Assembly: GCA_038045705.1 (NCBI GenBank)
Contig: JBBSXO010000006.1
Location: 52,996 to 116,995, forward strand
Length of the DNA: 64,000 bases
Reading direction: 5' to 3'
From: Nanobdellota archaeon
GTDB lineage: Archaea; Nanobdellota; Nanobdellia; Pacearchaeales; GW2011-AR1
Shown: positions 52,655 through 61,447 of the stretch, in pieces
Position numbering within the stretch: position 1 is the stretch's first letter
Layout: the number at the start of each line of letters is the position of its first letter
The notes under the pieces: model-generated
The model's database searches: none
Seen by the model: only the letters and a program-made list of their open reading frames with translations
Told to the model about the DNA's origin: nothing
Translations under genes and position numbers: made by a program

Positions 52655-52969
52655 TTAAGAATCCGAATTATCCTTTATCTTTCCCAACAACAGAAAAATG
52701 GGCACAACACCTCTCTTTTCTAACTCTTCCATTATTTTCTTAGATTCCTTTGAAGAACGGTTGTAAAACATAGTGTAGCCAAAGCTACCTCTTTTTTCTC
52801 TTAATTGAGGGAATATATCTATAATTTCTTTTTGTAATTGAATAACATTCCAAGACCCTAGACCTTCCTTATAAGAAAGTTTACCACTTATTTTGATTGT
52901 TTCTTTTGGTTCTAAATAGGATAAATTTTCAGGCAACAGTTCTTTTGAGTCTGATAATATCCTTTTCAT
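52655..52969 (-). CDS. Conserved hypothetical protein, paralog of 36824-37138
   Basis: Near-identical core sequence. Confidence 0.75.
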   Translation of the reverse strand: MKRILSDSKELLPENLSYLEPKETIKISGKLSYKEGLGSWNVIQLQKEIIDIFPQLREKRGSFGYTMFYNRSSKESKKIMEELEKRGVVPIFLLLGKIKDNSDS

Positions 52970-53024
52970 AAACAGACTAACCCTTTAGTTTATATTAAGG
53001 CTGGCTTCACGAATTCATCAAAAA

Positions 53025-53432
53025 CTATTTCTTAAGAATTTTGGCTAGTTTTTCTTTGAATTCTTGCACGTCCTTAAAATCAAAAGTTTCATCAGCCATG
53101 CCTTTAAGCATAAACCCTCTTCCGTCTGGACCTGATGCTACAATGACTTTCTTACCTAATCCTTTCATCATCCCACTTTCTATTAACAAACCTTCTCCCT
53201 TTTCCTGAGTTTCTATTATTGAGATAATCGCATCACACTTTTTCATTTGTTCAAATGCCTTTTTCATTATTTCTTTAGGTTCCATTCCCCCTGGCTTCCA
53301 CTGTTGCATATCTCTTACAAAAATAAATGTTTTATGTCCTAAATCTTCAATAACTTTAGAAACCTCTTCTAAGCGTTTCTTTAAGATTGTGAAATCTACT
53401 CCGCTCAACTTATAGGCTATGTATATTTTCAT
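53025..53432 (-). CDS. Nucleoside 2-deoxyribosyltransferase-like protein
   Basis: MKIYIA, CDAII, GEGLLIESG...GKKVIV. Confidence 0.75.
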   Translation of the reverse strand: MKIYIAYKLSGVDFTILKKRLEEVSKVIEDLGHKTFIFVRDMQQWKPGGMEPKEIMKKAFEQMKKCDAIISIIETQEKGEGLLIESGMMKGLGKKVIVASGPDGRGFMLKGMADETFDFKDVQEFKEKLAKILKK

Positions 53433-54685
53433 TTTATTGCTCCTCTTCTTTGAAGATTGAACTGTTCATATGCTTTTCGGACGTAATCATCCAGTTCTTC
53501 CATAGGCATTCCATTCAGAGAATGGATATTCATAACATGATATTTAACATGTTCTCCACCTGTCTTAAATTGATGATATGTATCTAAGGTTTCTGGAGTA
53601 AATCCTTTTGTTAACATATCTGAATATAATCTAGTGCCAGGAAATGCTCTAACTACCATGAATCTTGCATCAGAAGCTTCAAGATCTAAGGCAAATCTTA
53701 TTGTATCTTCTATTTCATCTTTTGTTTCAGTAGGATATCCAATAGTAAAGAATCCCTTGCTTTCAATTCCTAATTCTCTACATTTTCTAAAAACTGCTTT
53801 AGTATGCTCTGTGTCTTGGCTTTTTCCTATATACTTTAGTATACGAGGAGTTGCAGACTCTACTCCAAATGCTAGCTTGTAGCACCCTGCTGCTTTCATT
53901 TCTTCAAGTAACTTTTCATCTAAGTTATCTGTTCTGCATAAAGCTCTCCAACCTACTCTAACTTCTCTTCTTGCAAGACCATCTGCAAGCTCTCTTACTC
54001 TATCTTTAGAATAATTAAACAAATCATCAATAAAGTGTATTCTTCTTACTCCGCTTTGTTGTAGGGCTTCAATTTCATCAATAACGTTTTCCACAGATCT
54101 TGCCCTCATTTTTCTTCCGTTAATTGTTGGAACAGAACAATAAGCACAACTAAACTTGCATCCTCTAGCAGTACTCATAGAAGCTTCTTTTCCATACTTT
54201 GTGGGATAGGGATCATTTGAGAATAAACTTCTGTCTACAAATGGAAGACTATCAAGATCATGTGCAACTCCTCCGTGAACTATCCCCCTTGGAGCGTTTC
54301 TAAGTATACTAGGTAAAACATCTTCGGCTTCTCCAGTAACTATGGTATAATCTCCTCTAATTCTTTCAGGTTGTAATGTAGCTTGAGGTCCTCCAACTAA
54401 TTTAACTGGAGCTTCAATTTGATCTATTATTCCAAGAGATAATTGATGATTTGTTGAGAAGACATTGATACCTACTCTTTTTGGATTCATTGCAGAAACT
54501 CTTTCGACTATTTCTGCTGGGCTAAGTTTTTCAGCTTCTGCGTCAACTATTGTTGAGTCATAACCCAATCTTCTAGCAATTGTAGCTAAATAACCTAAAC
54601 CTATTGGAGCAGTTGTGAAATAATAAGGTTTATTCTCTCTTTCATATTCTTGTAATGGACTGTTAATTAATACTAAATCTGTCAT
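53429..54685 (-). CDS. B12-binding radical SAM enzyme
   Basis: PIGLGYLA, GGPQAT, ARGCKFSCAYC, DDLF, GVES, GYPTET, PGT. Confidence 0.92.
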   Translation of the reverse strand: MTDLVLINSPLQEYERENKPYYFTTAPIGLGYLATIARRLGYDSTIVDAEAEKLSPAEIVERVSAMNPKRVGINVFSTNHQLSLGIIDQIEAPVKLVGGPQATLQPERIRGDYTIVTGEAEDVLPSILRNAPRGIVHGGVAHDLDSLPFVDRSLFSNDPYPTKYGKEASMSTARGCKFSCAYCSVPTINGRKMRARSVENVIDEIEALQQSGVRRIHFIDDLFNYSKDRVRELADGLARREVRVGWRALCRTDNLDEKLLEEMKAAGCYKLAFGVESATPRILKYIGKSQDTEHTKAVFRKCRELGIESKGFFTIGYPTETKDEIEDTIRFALDLEASDARFMVVRAFPGTRLYSDMLTKGFTPETLDTYHQFKTGGEHVKYHVMNIHSLNGMPMEELDDYVRKAYEQFNLQRRGAIK

Positions 54686-55792
54686 TTAATCTCCCATTAA
54701 CTCCAAATTTATTACAATATTATCTACTGTTCTCTTAGGTTTCTTTCCTTCATTTAACAGACCTTTATTTTTTAGATGAGTCAAATAGGTTGAAACTGTG
54801 CTTAATTTTATGCCACTTTTATTAGCAATATCAAGACTTGTATTTTCCCCATCGCATAATTTTAATATTTGTAGTTTGATTTTATTAAGTGGTTTAATCT
54901 GTTTACTAAATTCTTCATGTCTTGAGACAAACATACTTTTCTTCTGATTCTTTATCTCTATTTTTGTTGCAAGATCGTTAATCCTATCGAAATAAGAATA
55001 AAATTCATTCGCTAAAAATTCTATGAACTGCTTATAATTTAATTTCTCATTTAACTCAATTTTACTATTGACTTTAGAGAGTACTTCTACTAAATCTTCA
55101 ATTTCTTTTCTTTCTGGTAACTTTCCACCATAGTTTGAATCTATTATCTGCTTAATTGTTTCAACAGACATACCCATAGAAGGAATAATCTTTTGTTTTT
55201 GATGCATGATTACAGGAACATTTGTAACAAATAAAGGAGCAGGTGGAGAATAGAATGAATTTAATTTAAGCACGTGATCTATATCTCTTTTGAAAACCTT
55301 GAACCTTTCAGAAGTAAGATAATGTGTTGGCTGACTATTGCATATCTCTGGAGCTATTTCTTGTAAGTAAATAGAGATTAGATAGTCAATAATAATATAA
55401 TTTAATTTTGAAAGGCTTATTTCCCCAAATGGGGTATAATTAATAGAGAAACCCTTACTAATTTGTTCTAAATTGATTAAAGATAAAATCTTTTGATAAA
55501 TCTTAGAAGTTTTTGGATTTCTGAAAAGTCTATGCCACATTTCAGACAGATAGATAATTCTGTAATTGAGATTAAGATGATCCATTACCTTTTGAAGTAA
55601 CTTGACGTTATTCTCTAGAGTTTCTTTTTTAGCGTTTTCATCATGTTGCTCTAAAATATTATTCTCAAAGACATAATTATCCCATACACAGAGATATACT
55701 TTTTGAGGATTCTGACTTTTCAAATAAAATATATGGTTTATATTAGTATAAGCGTTGGTAATAGGGCTGATATTAGTGTAAAGAATTTTCAT
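54686..55792 (-). CDS. Class I aaRS-like Rossmann domain fused to C-terminal wHTH
   Basis: C-terminal LQILKLC...SLDIA...LSTVSTYLTHLKNKGLL wHTH; N-terminal layout reminiscent of TyrRS with degenerate motifs; start at MKILY. Confidence 0.5.
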   Translation of the reverse strand: MKILYTNISPITNAYTNINHIFYLKSQNPQKVYLCVWDNYVFENNILEQHDENAKKETLENNVKLLQKVMDHLNLNYRIIYLSEMWHRLFRNPKTSKIYQKILSLINLEQISKGFSINYTPFGEISLSKLNYIIIDYLISIYLQEIAPEICNSQPTHYLTSERFKVFKRDIDHVLKLNSFYSPPAPLFVTNVPVIMHQKQKIIPSMGMSVETIKQIIDSNYGGKLPERKEIEDLVEVLSKVNSKIELNEKLNYKQFIEFLANEFYSYFDRINDLATKIEIKNQKKSMFVSRHEEFSKQIKPLNKIKLQILKLCDGENTSLDIANKSGIKLSTVSTYLTHLKNKGLLNEGKKPKRTVDNIVINLELMGD

Positions 55793-56429
55793 GGAGGGCT
55801 CCTCGGATTTCATCCGCGTTAGTTGCAAGATATGCTTGCATACCAACTCTTCTGGCTCCATCTACCTCTTCTTGATCATGAGAAATAAACAATCCTTGAC
55901 TTGGATTGCATTGTGCTCTTTGTAGTGCTAAATGATATATCTCAGGTCTTGGTTTTCTAAAACCTGCTTCGTATGAGAATGTAGTTGTTGTGAAATGTCT
56001 CAATAATCCATGTCCTCTTAAGGAATGTAATGCTGAGTCATGAGGTAAGTTTGAAACTATATGTAAAGAATTATCTCTGGCAAGCTCAGGAACTAATTGA
56101 GGTATACCTAGCAAAGGAAATTCATCATGGTCGTGCATTTTGTATGTTTCAACTGCTAAACGAATCGCTTGTGGATCTACAATGCCCATATTTCTTAGAA
56201 ATAAGCCCATTATCCTATCCATTCTCCATTCTTCGCCATTTTGTCCGCGAGAAGCAAGATATGTTTGAATTGCTTGATTATGGGCATTCGCTAAACCATT
56301 TATGTTTAATCCGCTAGAAAATGGAGCAAGTTGAGATAACATCAAGACATGGGCTCGCATAAGCGTTTCAGGAGTGAAACGATAAGCGAAAAGAAGTTCA
56401 CCATAATCAAAGAATAAGTCTTTGTTCAT
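55773..56429 (-). CDS. HAD-superfamily hydrolase (degenerate motifs)
   Basis: FFDYGELL, VSN, RKPRPEIY, SHDQEEVDGA. Confidence 0.75.
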   Translation of the reverse strand: MNKDLFFDYGELLFAYRFTPETLMRAHVLMLSQLAPFSSGLNINGLANAHNQAIQTYLASRGQNGEEWRMDRIMGLFLRNMGIVDPQAIRLAVETYKMHDHDEFPLLGIPQLVPELARDNSLHIVSNLPHDSALHSLRGHGLLRHFTTTTFSYEAGFRKPRPEIYHLALQRAQCNPSQGLFISHDQEEVDGARRVGMQAYLATNADEIRGALHENSLH

Positions 56430-56526
56430 GAAATTCTCGAGATTATGGCTTTTTAATTGTTTTGATTATTCTATCAATTATTTTTTGATGAATTCATCAA
56501 AGAATTACTAATTAATAATCGAATTG

Positions 56527-57390
56527 CTATTTTTTGCGTGTGCCCTGCGGGGCAAAATGTACCCGACCATCCGCATTATCGTCAGTCAGATTCCAGTCCC
56601 TAGCGTCCAGATCCAAATCCCAGTCGCGAACGAGCACTCTTAACCCAATATCTTCAGTCTCATCAGGTAAGTATAGAGTTCTATCTCCACTATCATCTAA
56701 CTGTGAAATTTTAGGCAGTCCACCAGTTAAACCATATCCTTTAAACTGAGGATCTTCGCCAGCTTTAGCCAAAACTTCATGAGCATAAACTTGTGTTATT
56801 CCAGGTAAAACAATAGGAACAACTCCATGCGGTGCAGAGCTATCTATTTTTAATCCAGGATGAACTACAACCAATCTTTTTTCCAAACCTTTTTTGTCAA
56901 GGCCTAATTCCCTAGCATGTTCACGGATACTTTTAGCAAGAGCTTTTGATTCATAAGGATTCTCACCATCACTACTAGTATCATACAAAACTAAGCCTAA
57001 TTCTTCCCAATTCTCTTCAGGCGTAACAAGTTTTCCTGCTTGCAAATAAGATTCAGATTGAGCTGGAGTAATTGGCCAGTAACCTTTGCTTTGAAGAGTT
57101 CTATCGCCTGCTAATGTAGTAATTAATGCCAAACGTCTTAAAATATACATCTGCTCAACTTCTCCAGAAGTTCCATCTGGAATTTCGGCAGCGGTTCCAG
57201 CATAGGTTCTGTTAGACTTAGCAATTAATTCTTTACCAAAAACATCATATTGTAACAAAAATGGATCTCCTGTCGGATTCATTAATAGAGGTGGTGGACT
57301 TTTTCCATTAGTTGCCTTAAACTTTTTTCTAGCTGGAGCTGAATCATTTCTTAAACGCTCTGCCAATTCTAAAAATCTTCTATTTACCAT
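56527..57390 (-). CDS. DGR target protein 3 (C-terminal VR, presumed CLec-like), paralog of target 1
   Basis: Contains VR 56560-56640; start at MVNRRF overlapping the upstream stop (TAATG). Confidence 0.9.
   Translation of the reverse strand: MVNRRFLELAERLRNDSAPARKKFKATNGKSPPPLLMNPTGDPFLLQYDVFGKELIAKSNRTYAGTAAEIPDGTSGEVEQMYILRRLALITTLAGDRTLQSKGYWPITPAQSESYLQAGKLVTPEENWEELGLVLYDTSSDGENPYESKALAKSIREHARELGLDKKGLEKRLVVVHPGLKIDSSAPHGVVPIVLPGITQVYAHEVLAKAGEDPQFKGYGLTGGLPKISQLDDSGDRTLYLPDETEDIGLRVLVRDWDLDLDARDWNLTDDNADGRVHFAPQGTRKK
56560..56640 (-). repeat. DGR variable repeat VR3
   Basis: 81 bp; 12 mismatches to TR, all at TR adenines; hairpin TGCCC/GGGCA at 56541-56554. Confidence 0.95.
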
Positions 57391-58103
57391 TATTCGTATT
57401 TGCCCTCCATTTGCCACCAATCCTCTAAATCATCTAAATCTACAGGGTCAACATCCATTTTAGGAATCTGGAAACGAGCGGGACTTCTTTCTATTTTAGG
57501 AAGAGTTATTGATCCGTCTAAAGCTCTTTTTGATTTATCTGCAAAAAGACGGCAGGTTTCATAATTTCCATCGCAAGTAGAAGGATTAGGCTCCCCATTA
57601 ATTAGACATTCTTGTTTTGTCAAACTTTCTTCATTAGTTCTAAAGAAAGGACAAAGCATATAGATACCATAATCCTCAAATCTTCTTTTTAGTTCAACTT
57701 CATTATACTTAAATTCTCCATACATAGGAAGTTTTACTTCATCTCCTAATTCGTGAGCTCTTCTTACAATAAAACCCCATTTGTCAGAGGCACTCTCAAT
57801 AGTTACAAGCTGATTATAAATTATAGGAAAGTCTGGGTGAGTTACAAATGCTTCAAAAGCGACATCTAATTTACTGCCTTGATATCCTTGAAGTTTATTC
57901 ACATATGCAGTTAAAGTAGTTCTACGAGTTTCATCTTGAACTGAACCGATTGCGGTTCTTTGCTCTGACTCTAACTTTCTCTGTACTCTTAATCTTTCTT
58001 GTTCTGCTAAAATTCTAGCTTCTTCTGCTTTCTGAGCTTCAGCTTCTAAAAATCCAGGACTTTTATGTCTACTCGCTAAATCTTCTAATCTTCTATTTTT
58101 CAT
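57390..58103 (-). CDS. Hypothetical protein (coiled coil plus 4-Cys domain) in DGR target operon
   Basis: Start at MKNRRL just after the upstream stop; CPFF...CLI...CDG...CRL. Confidence 0.7.
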   Translation of the reverse strand: MKNRRLEDLASRHKSPGFLEAEAQKAEEARILAEQERLRVQRKLESEQRTAIGSVQDETRRTTLTAYVNKLQGYQGSKLDVAFEAFVTHPDFPIIYNQLVTIESASDKWGFIVRRAHELGDEVKLPMYGEFKYNEVELKRRFEDYGIYMLCPFFRTNEESLTKQECLINGEPNPSTCDGNYETCRLFADKSKRALDGSITLPKIERSPARFQIPKMDVDPVDLDDLEDWWQMEGKYE

Positions 58104-58104
58104 T

Positions 58105-58920
58105 TTAAGGAGCACCTCCAAAATTTTTTCGCTCGGTGGCTTCGCCACGAATACTAACTACCCGACCATTCGCATTATCGTCAGACAGAACCCTGTACCT
58201 AGCGTACAGATCCAAATTCCAGTCGCGAATGAGCACTCTAAGACCATTATTTTCCGTATAAAGAGTTTTGTCCCCATTTTCATCAAAAATAGGTAATCCA
58301 TTATTATCACTATAAAAGAATTTTCTTCCATTATTACTATGAGCTAATTTAGGAGCTATAACAACTGCACTTGGATCTCCAATAGTAAATGCTAATTTTT
58401 GTGGAGCGCGTGTATCTGTAACTAATTCTAATGACTTTAATGGAATCATAATAGGGTTTTCATTACTGCATGTAATGCCCCTTTCTCCTAACTGCTGCGA
58501 TAATAGTTGAGCAAGATATGCGTTTGGTTCTCCAACGCTACGAAGCACTAAGCCCATATCCTCATACTGGCCTCGCAAAGGCAATATACCTTCTTGAATT
58601 ATAAAATCAATTTCAGATGGGTGCGCTAATCGTGCACCATATGCACTTAATACTTCATTCATAGCAACAAAAGAATAAGGGTTAGACCCTTTTACAATAC
58701 CTTCATGACGAGTAAATTTCTTAAGGATTGGATTATCTCCATATTTTCGTTGAACCAATTCATCGTATTTAGCAAGAACTTCTCCACCAAAATCTCCTTC
58801 TAAAAAGGATGCAGTAAATCTTTCAGTATCAGGTTTTCTATCATCCTTTACTTCACGAACTTGTGGTATCTGGCTACCGCGCAACCGTTGTGCTAAATCA
58901 ATAAATCTCTTATTCACCAT
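58105..58920 (-). CDS. DGR target protein 2
   Basis: Contains VR 58159-58239. Confidence 0.9.
   Translation of the reverse strand: MVNKRFIDLAQRLRGSQIPQVREVKDDRKPDTERFTASFLEGDFGGEVLAKYDELVQRKYGDNPILKKFTRHEGIVKGSNPYSFVAMNEVLSAYGARLAHPSEIDFIIQEGILPLRGQYEDMGLVLRSVGEPNAYLAQLLSQQLGERGITCSNENPIMIPLKSLELVTDTRAPQKLAFTIGDPSAVVIAPKLAHSNNGRKFFYSDNNGLPIFDENGDKTLYTENNGLRVLIRDWNLDLYARYRVLSDDNANGRVVSIRGEATERKNFGGAP
58159..58239 (-). repeat. DGR variable repeat VR2
   Basis: 81 bp; 11 mismatches to TR, all at adenines; GTGGC-GAA-GCCAC hairpin at 58136-58148. Confidence 0.95.
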
Positions 58921-58921
58921 A

Positions 58922-60529
58922 TTAATGTACTGATTTCTTCAGCTCCCCCATTGTAATTTTAGAAATATCTGCGCTTGCAACAAGAGGCAATATTGCAACA
59001 TTTGGTTTCTTACCGAAAGATTGCCTTAATTGAGCAACGTAAGGTCTCATCTCAGAACTGCCATTTGTATATAACAAATGCACTCTGTGAGTTTGAGGCA
59101 ATCCTAGTAAGGAAGTTACAAAACCATCTAAATTACTTATCCCCATATCTGAAACAACTGTAATGTCACAAACTCCATCGTGTTGTTTTACAAGAGTTTC
59201 TAAAAGGTTTGCATTGAAAGTAGTTCCACCATCGCTAGAATATCTGCGTAACTCCGAATGAATTCTTTCTCTATCTTTAGAAAATCCTGTCAAATGATCA
59301 TTGCTACCGAAACTATAAACCGCTACTTGTGCCCCATTCAAAAGATAAGCATTGCTGACAGCAGTTGCACCAACAATATGCTGATATACTCTGTCGTTAG
59401 GTGGAATTATCTTCCCATTAACATGAAACATACTTGGAGAATTATCAACAACCAGTAAATTTGAAGGAACTCCTTCTTCGTCTCCGTGAGATTCTCCTTC
59501 TTTTCTAACCCATTTCTTAGTTATCCCAGGTAATATTCCTGGCGCACTAAATGGATCTACATCCGTGATTTGGTCTTCAAAAGTAAAAGCAGCATGAGAA
59601 TGGGGATATAGGCTACCCGTTATTACCATCGGTTTCTTTCTAATAGGAACTGCGTAAGCTTCTGCTAGTGCAGAATAGAAGTTGTGTGCTAAGAAAGTAA
59701 CATCACGTCCTGTTCCAGGATGCACTCCTCTCTGCTGTGCTTTTTCTTCTTCGCTTAGAACAGCACGAGCAATTTGTTCGTATTCTTTAGGACTATTAGC
59801 TTCTTGGGCAAACTTTCTAAGTCCTTCTAAAATTTGCGCATCGTTAAACATGCCCATGCCTGAGCGAGAAGTTGGCATTCCACCATTTTCTTGACCAGGA
59901 GATCCATTTTGAGGTCTTTGACTTTTGTAATCTTTCATTACTTCAGCAAATTTTCTAACATTTTCTAATTCTCTACTTTTATCTAAAAAGTCTATTCCAC
60001 CTAATCTTTTTATTGCAGTCTCTTCTTCTTTAGTTAGTTTAACGCCGAAATCTTGACCAGAAGCAGTCTGATAAAGTCCATAAATAATTCTTGCTCGCGT
60101 ATCTTTTTCATCTGGTTGGAATACTTTTCTCATCCGAGCAGTAGCAGGATGTTTTCGTTCAATTAGCATATGAAGATTTGTTTGAACTTCAGTAAAGTCT
60201 GTTCTTATTTGGTGCGAATCGTCTCCAGATACTACTCCCTGAGTAGCTTTTTGTAATCTAAGAACGTTTAATGGAGAACCAGGATATCTCATGTAGTGTG
60301 TTAATTCATGAGTCAATACTTCATTGAAAGCATCTGCTTGATCAATTCCATGCTGAGGGAAAGTAGTAATGAAAGGCTCACTAACTGTAATCTCTAACGT
60401 TTCTAAATTAATAGCCCCATTTGATTCATCTTTTACTAATTTGGGTTTAGGTAGTTGAGGATAGTGAAATCTCTTTCTTGCTTCATGCCATTCTCCGTCC
60501 ATAATCTGTTGTAATGTTTTATTTGTCAT
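58922..60529 (-). CDS. VWA-domain protein with N-terminal HExxH metallopeptidase-like domain (MoxR partner)
   Basis: THELTH; MIDAS DNSPS, GGT, VSD. Confidence 0.85.
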   Translation of the reverse strand: MTNKTLQQIMDGEWHEARKRFHYPQLPKPKLVKDESNGAINLETLEITVSEPFITTFPQHGIDQADAFNEVLTHELTHYMRYPGSPLNVLRLQKATQGVVSGDDSHQIRTDFTEVQTNLHMLIERKHPATARMRKVFQPDEKDTRARIIYGLYQTASGQDFGVKLTKEEETAIKRLGGIDFLDKSRELENVRKFAEVMKDYKSQRPQNGSPGQENGGMPTSRSGMGMFNDAQILEGLRKFAQEANSPKEYEQIARAVLSEEEKAQQRGVHPGTGRDVTFLAHNFYSALAEAYAVPIRKKPMVITGSLYPHSHAAFTFEDQITDVDPFSAPGILPGITKKWVRKEGESHGDEEGVPSNLLVVDNSPSMFHVNGKIIPPNDRVYQHIVGATAVSNAYLLNGAQVAVYSFGSNDHLTGFSKDRERIHSELRRYSSDGGTTFNANLLETLVKQHDGVCDITVVSDMGISNLDGFVTSLLGLPQTHRVHLLYTNGSSEMRPYVAQLRQSFGKKPNVAILPLVASADISKITMGELKKSVH

Positions 60530-60538
60530 ATTGAACTC

Positions 60539-61447
60539 CTATTTTTTTGGCGACCCGCCCTGATGGGCGACGTTTACCCGACCATCCGCATTATCGCCAG
60601 TCAGATTCCTGTCCCTAGCGCTCAGATTCAAATTCCCGTTGCGAATGAGCACTCTTAAACCAATATCTGTTTTTTCATTAGGCATGTAAATTGTTCTATT
60701 TCCAGAACCTAAACTAGACATTGTGGGTAAACCCTTAGCTGTTCCATATTCAAATTTATGGTTTTCACCAGTTCTTTGTAAAATGTCATGTGGATAAACA
60801 AGAGTAGTACCGGGCAATATTACCGGATTTACTCCATGAGGCATATCAACATTTTTTTCTAGTCCAGCATTCACAACTACCAATCTTGAGTTTGCATCAG
60901 AAGGACTTAATCCTAATTCAACACGGTTGCGTTGAATACTATCAAATAATGCTCTAGCTTCTTTATTATTAGTCGCACCAGTAGTATCATAAAGAATAAG
61001 GCCTAAGTCTTCCCAATAAGCACTTGGATTAGGTAACTTACTTTCTTTAAGTAAATTCTCTGACTGCCCAGGAGTTATTGGCCACATATTTCCATTTCTT
61101 AAAGATGGATCCTTATGTAATGCAGTAACAATAGCTAATCTTTTTAGAAGATACATATTTTGAACTTCGCCAGCACTTTTACCAAATCCAAGCAACCCTT
61201 CTCTAAGAGGAATTTCTGCTTTAGTTCCTGCGAAATATTCATTAGCCTTTCTAATAAGTGGAAGTCCAAAAGAATCGTATTGCAAAATAGAAGAGCTAGC
61301 TACTGAATCTGGAAAAATAGTTTTTACACTAGAACCAACTTCTCCTCTTTCACCATCGCTACCGCCATTATCTGGTGGAGACTTTCCAGCAGGAACAGAA
61401 TCATTTTTCAGTCTTTCCGCTAATTTAAGAAAGCGTGGATTAGGCAT
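60539..61447 (-). CDS. DGR target protein 1
   Basis: Contains VR 60575-60655. Confidence 0.9.
   Translation of the reverse strand: MPNPRFLKLAERLKNDSVPAGKSPPDNGGSDGERGEVGSSVKTIFPDSVASSSILQYDSFGLPLIRKANEYFAGTKAEIPLREGLLGFGKSAGEVQNMYLLKRLAIVTALHKDPSLRNGNMWPITPGQSENLLKESKLPNPSAYWEDLGLILYDTTGATNNKEARALFDSIQRNRVELGLSPSDANSRLVVVNAGLEKNVDMPHGVNPVILPGTTLVYPHDILQRTGENHKFEYGTAKGLPTMSSLGSGNRTIYMPNEKTDIGLRVLIRNGNLNLSARDRNLTGDNADGRVNVAHQGGSPKK
60575..60655 (-). repeat. DGR variable repeat VR1
   Basis: 81 bp; 8 mismatches to TR, all A to G; CGCCC/GGGCG hairpin at 60556-60569. Confidence 0.95.

Noticed and set aside
57390-58148. Track start codons for 57390-58148 and 56527-57420
   Set aside because: Starts at 58103 and 57390 remove overlaps, give stop-start coupling and expose the shared N-terminal motif
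3257-59894. Antisense and nested short ORFs in the track (e.g. 7605-7922, 35823-36257, 44173-44478, 50950-51273, 56534-56749)
   Set aside because: They lie opposite or inside well-supported genes and show no motifs
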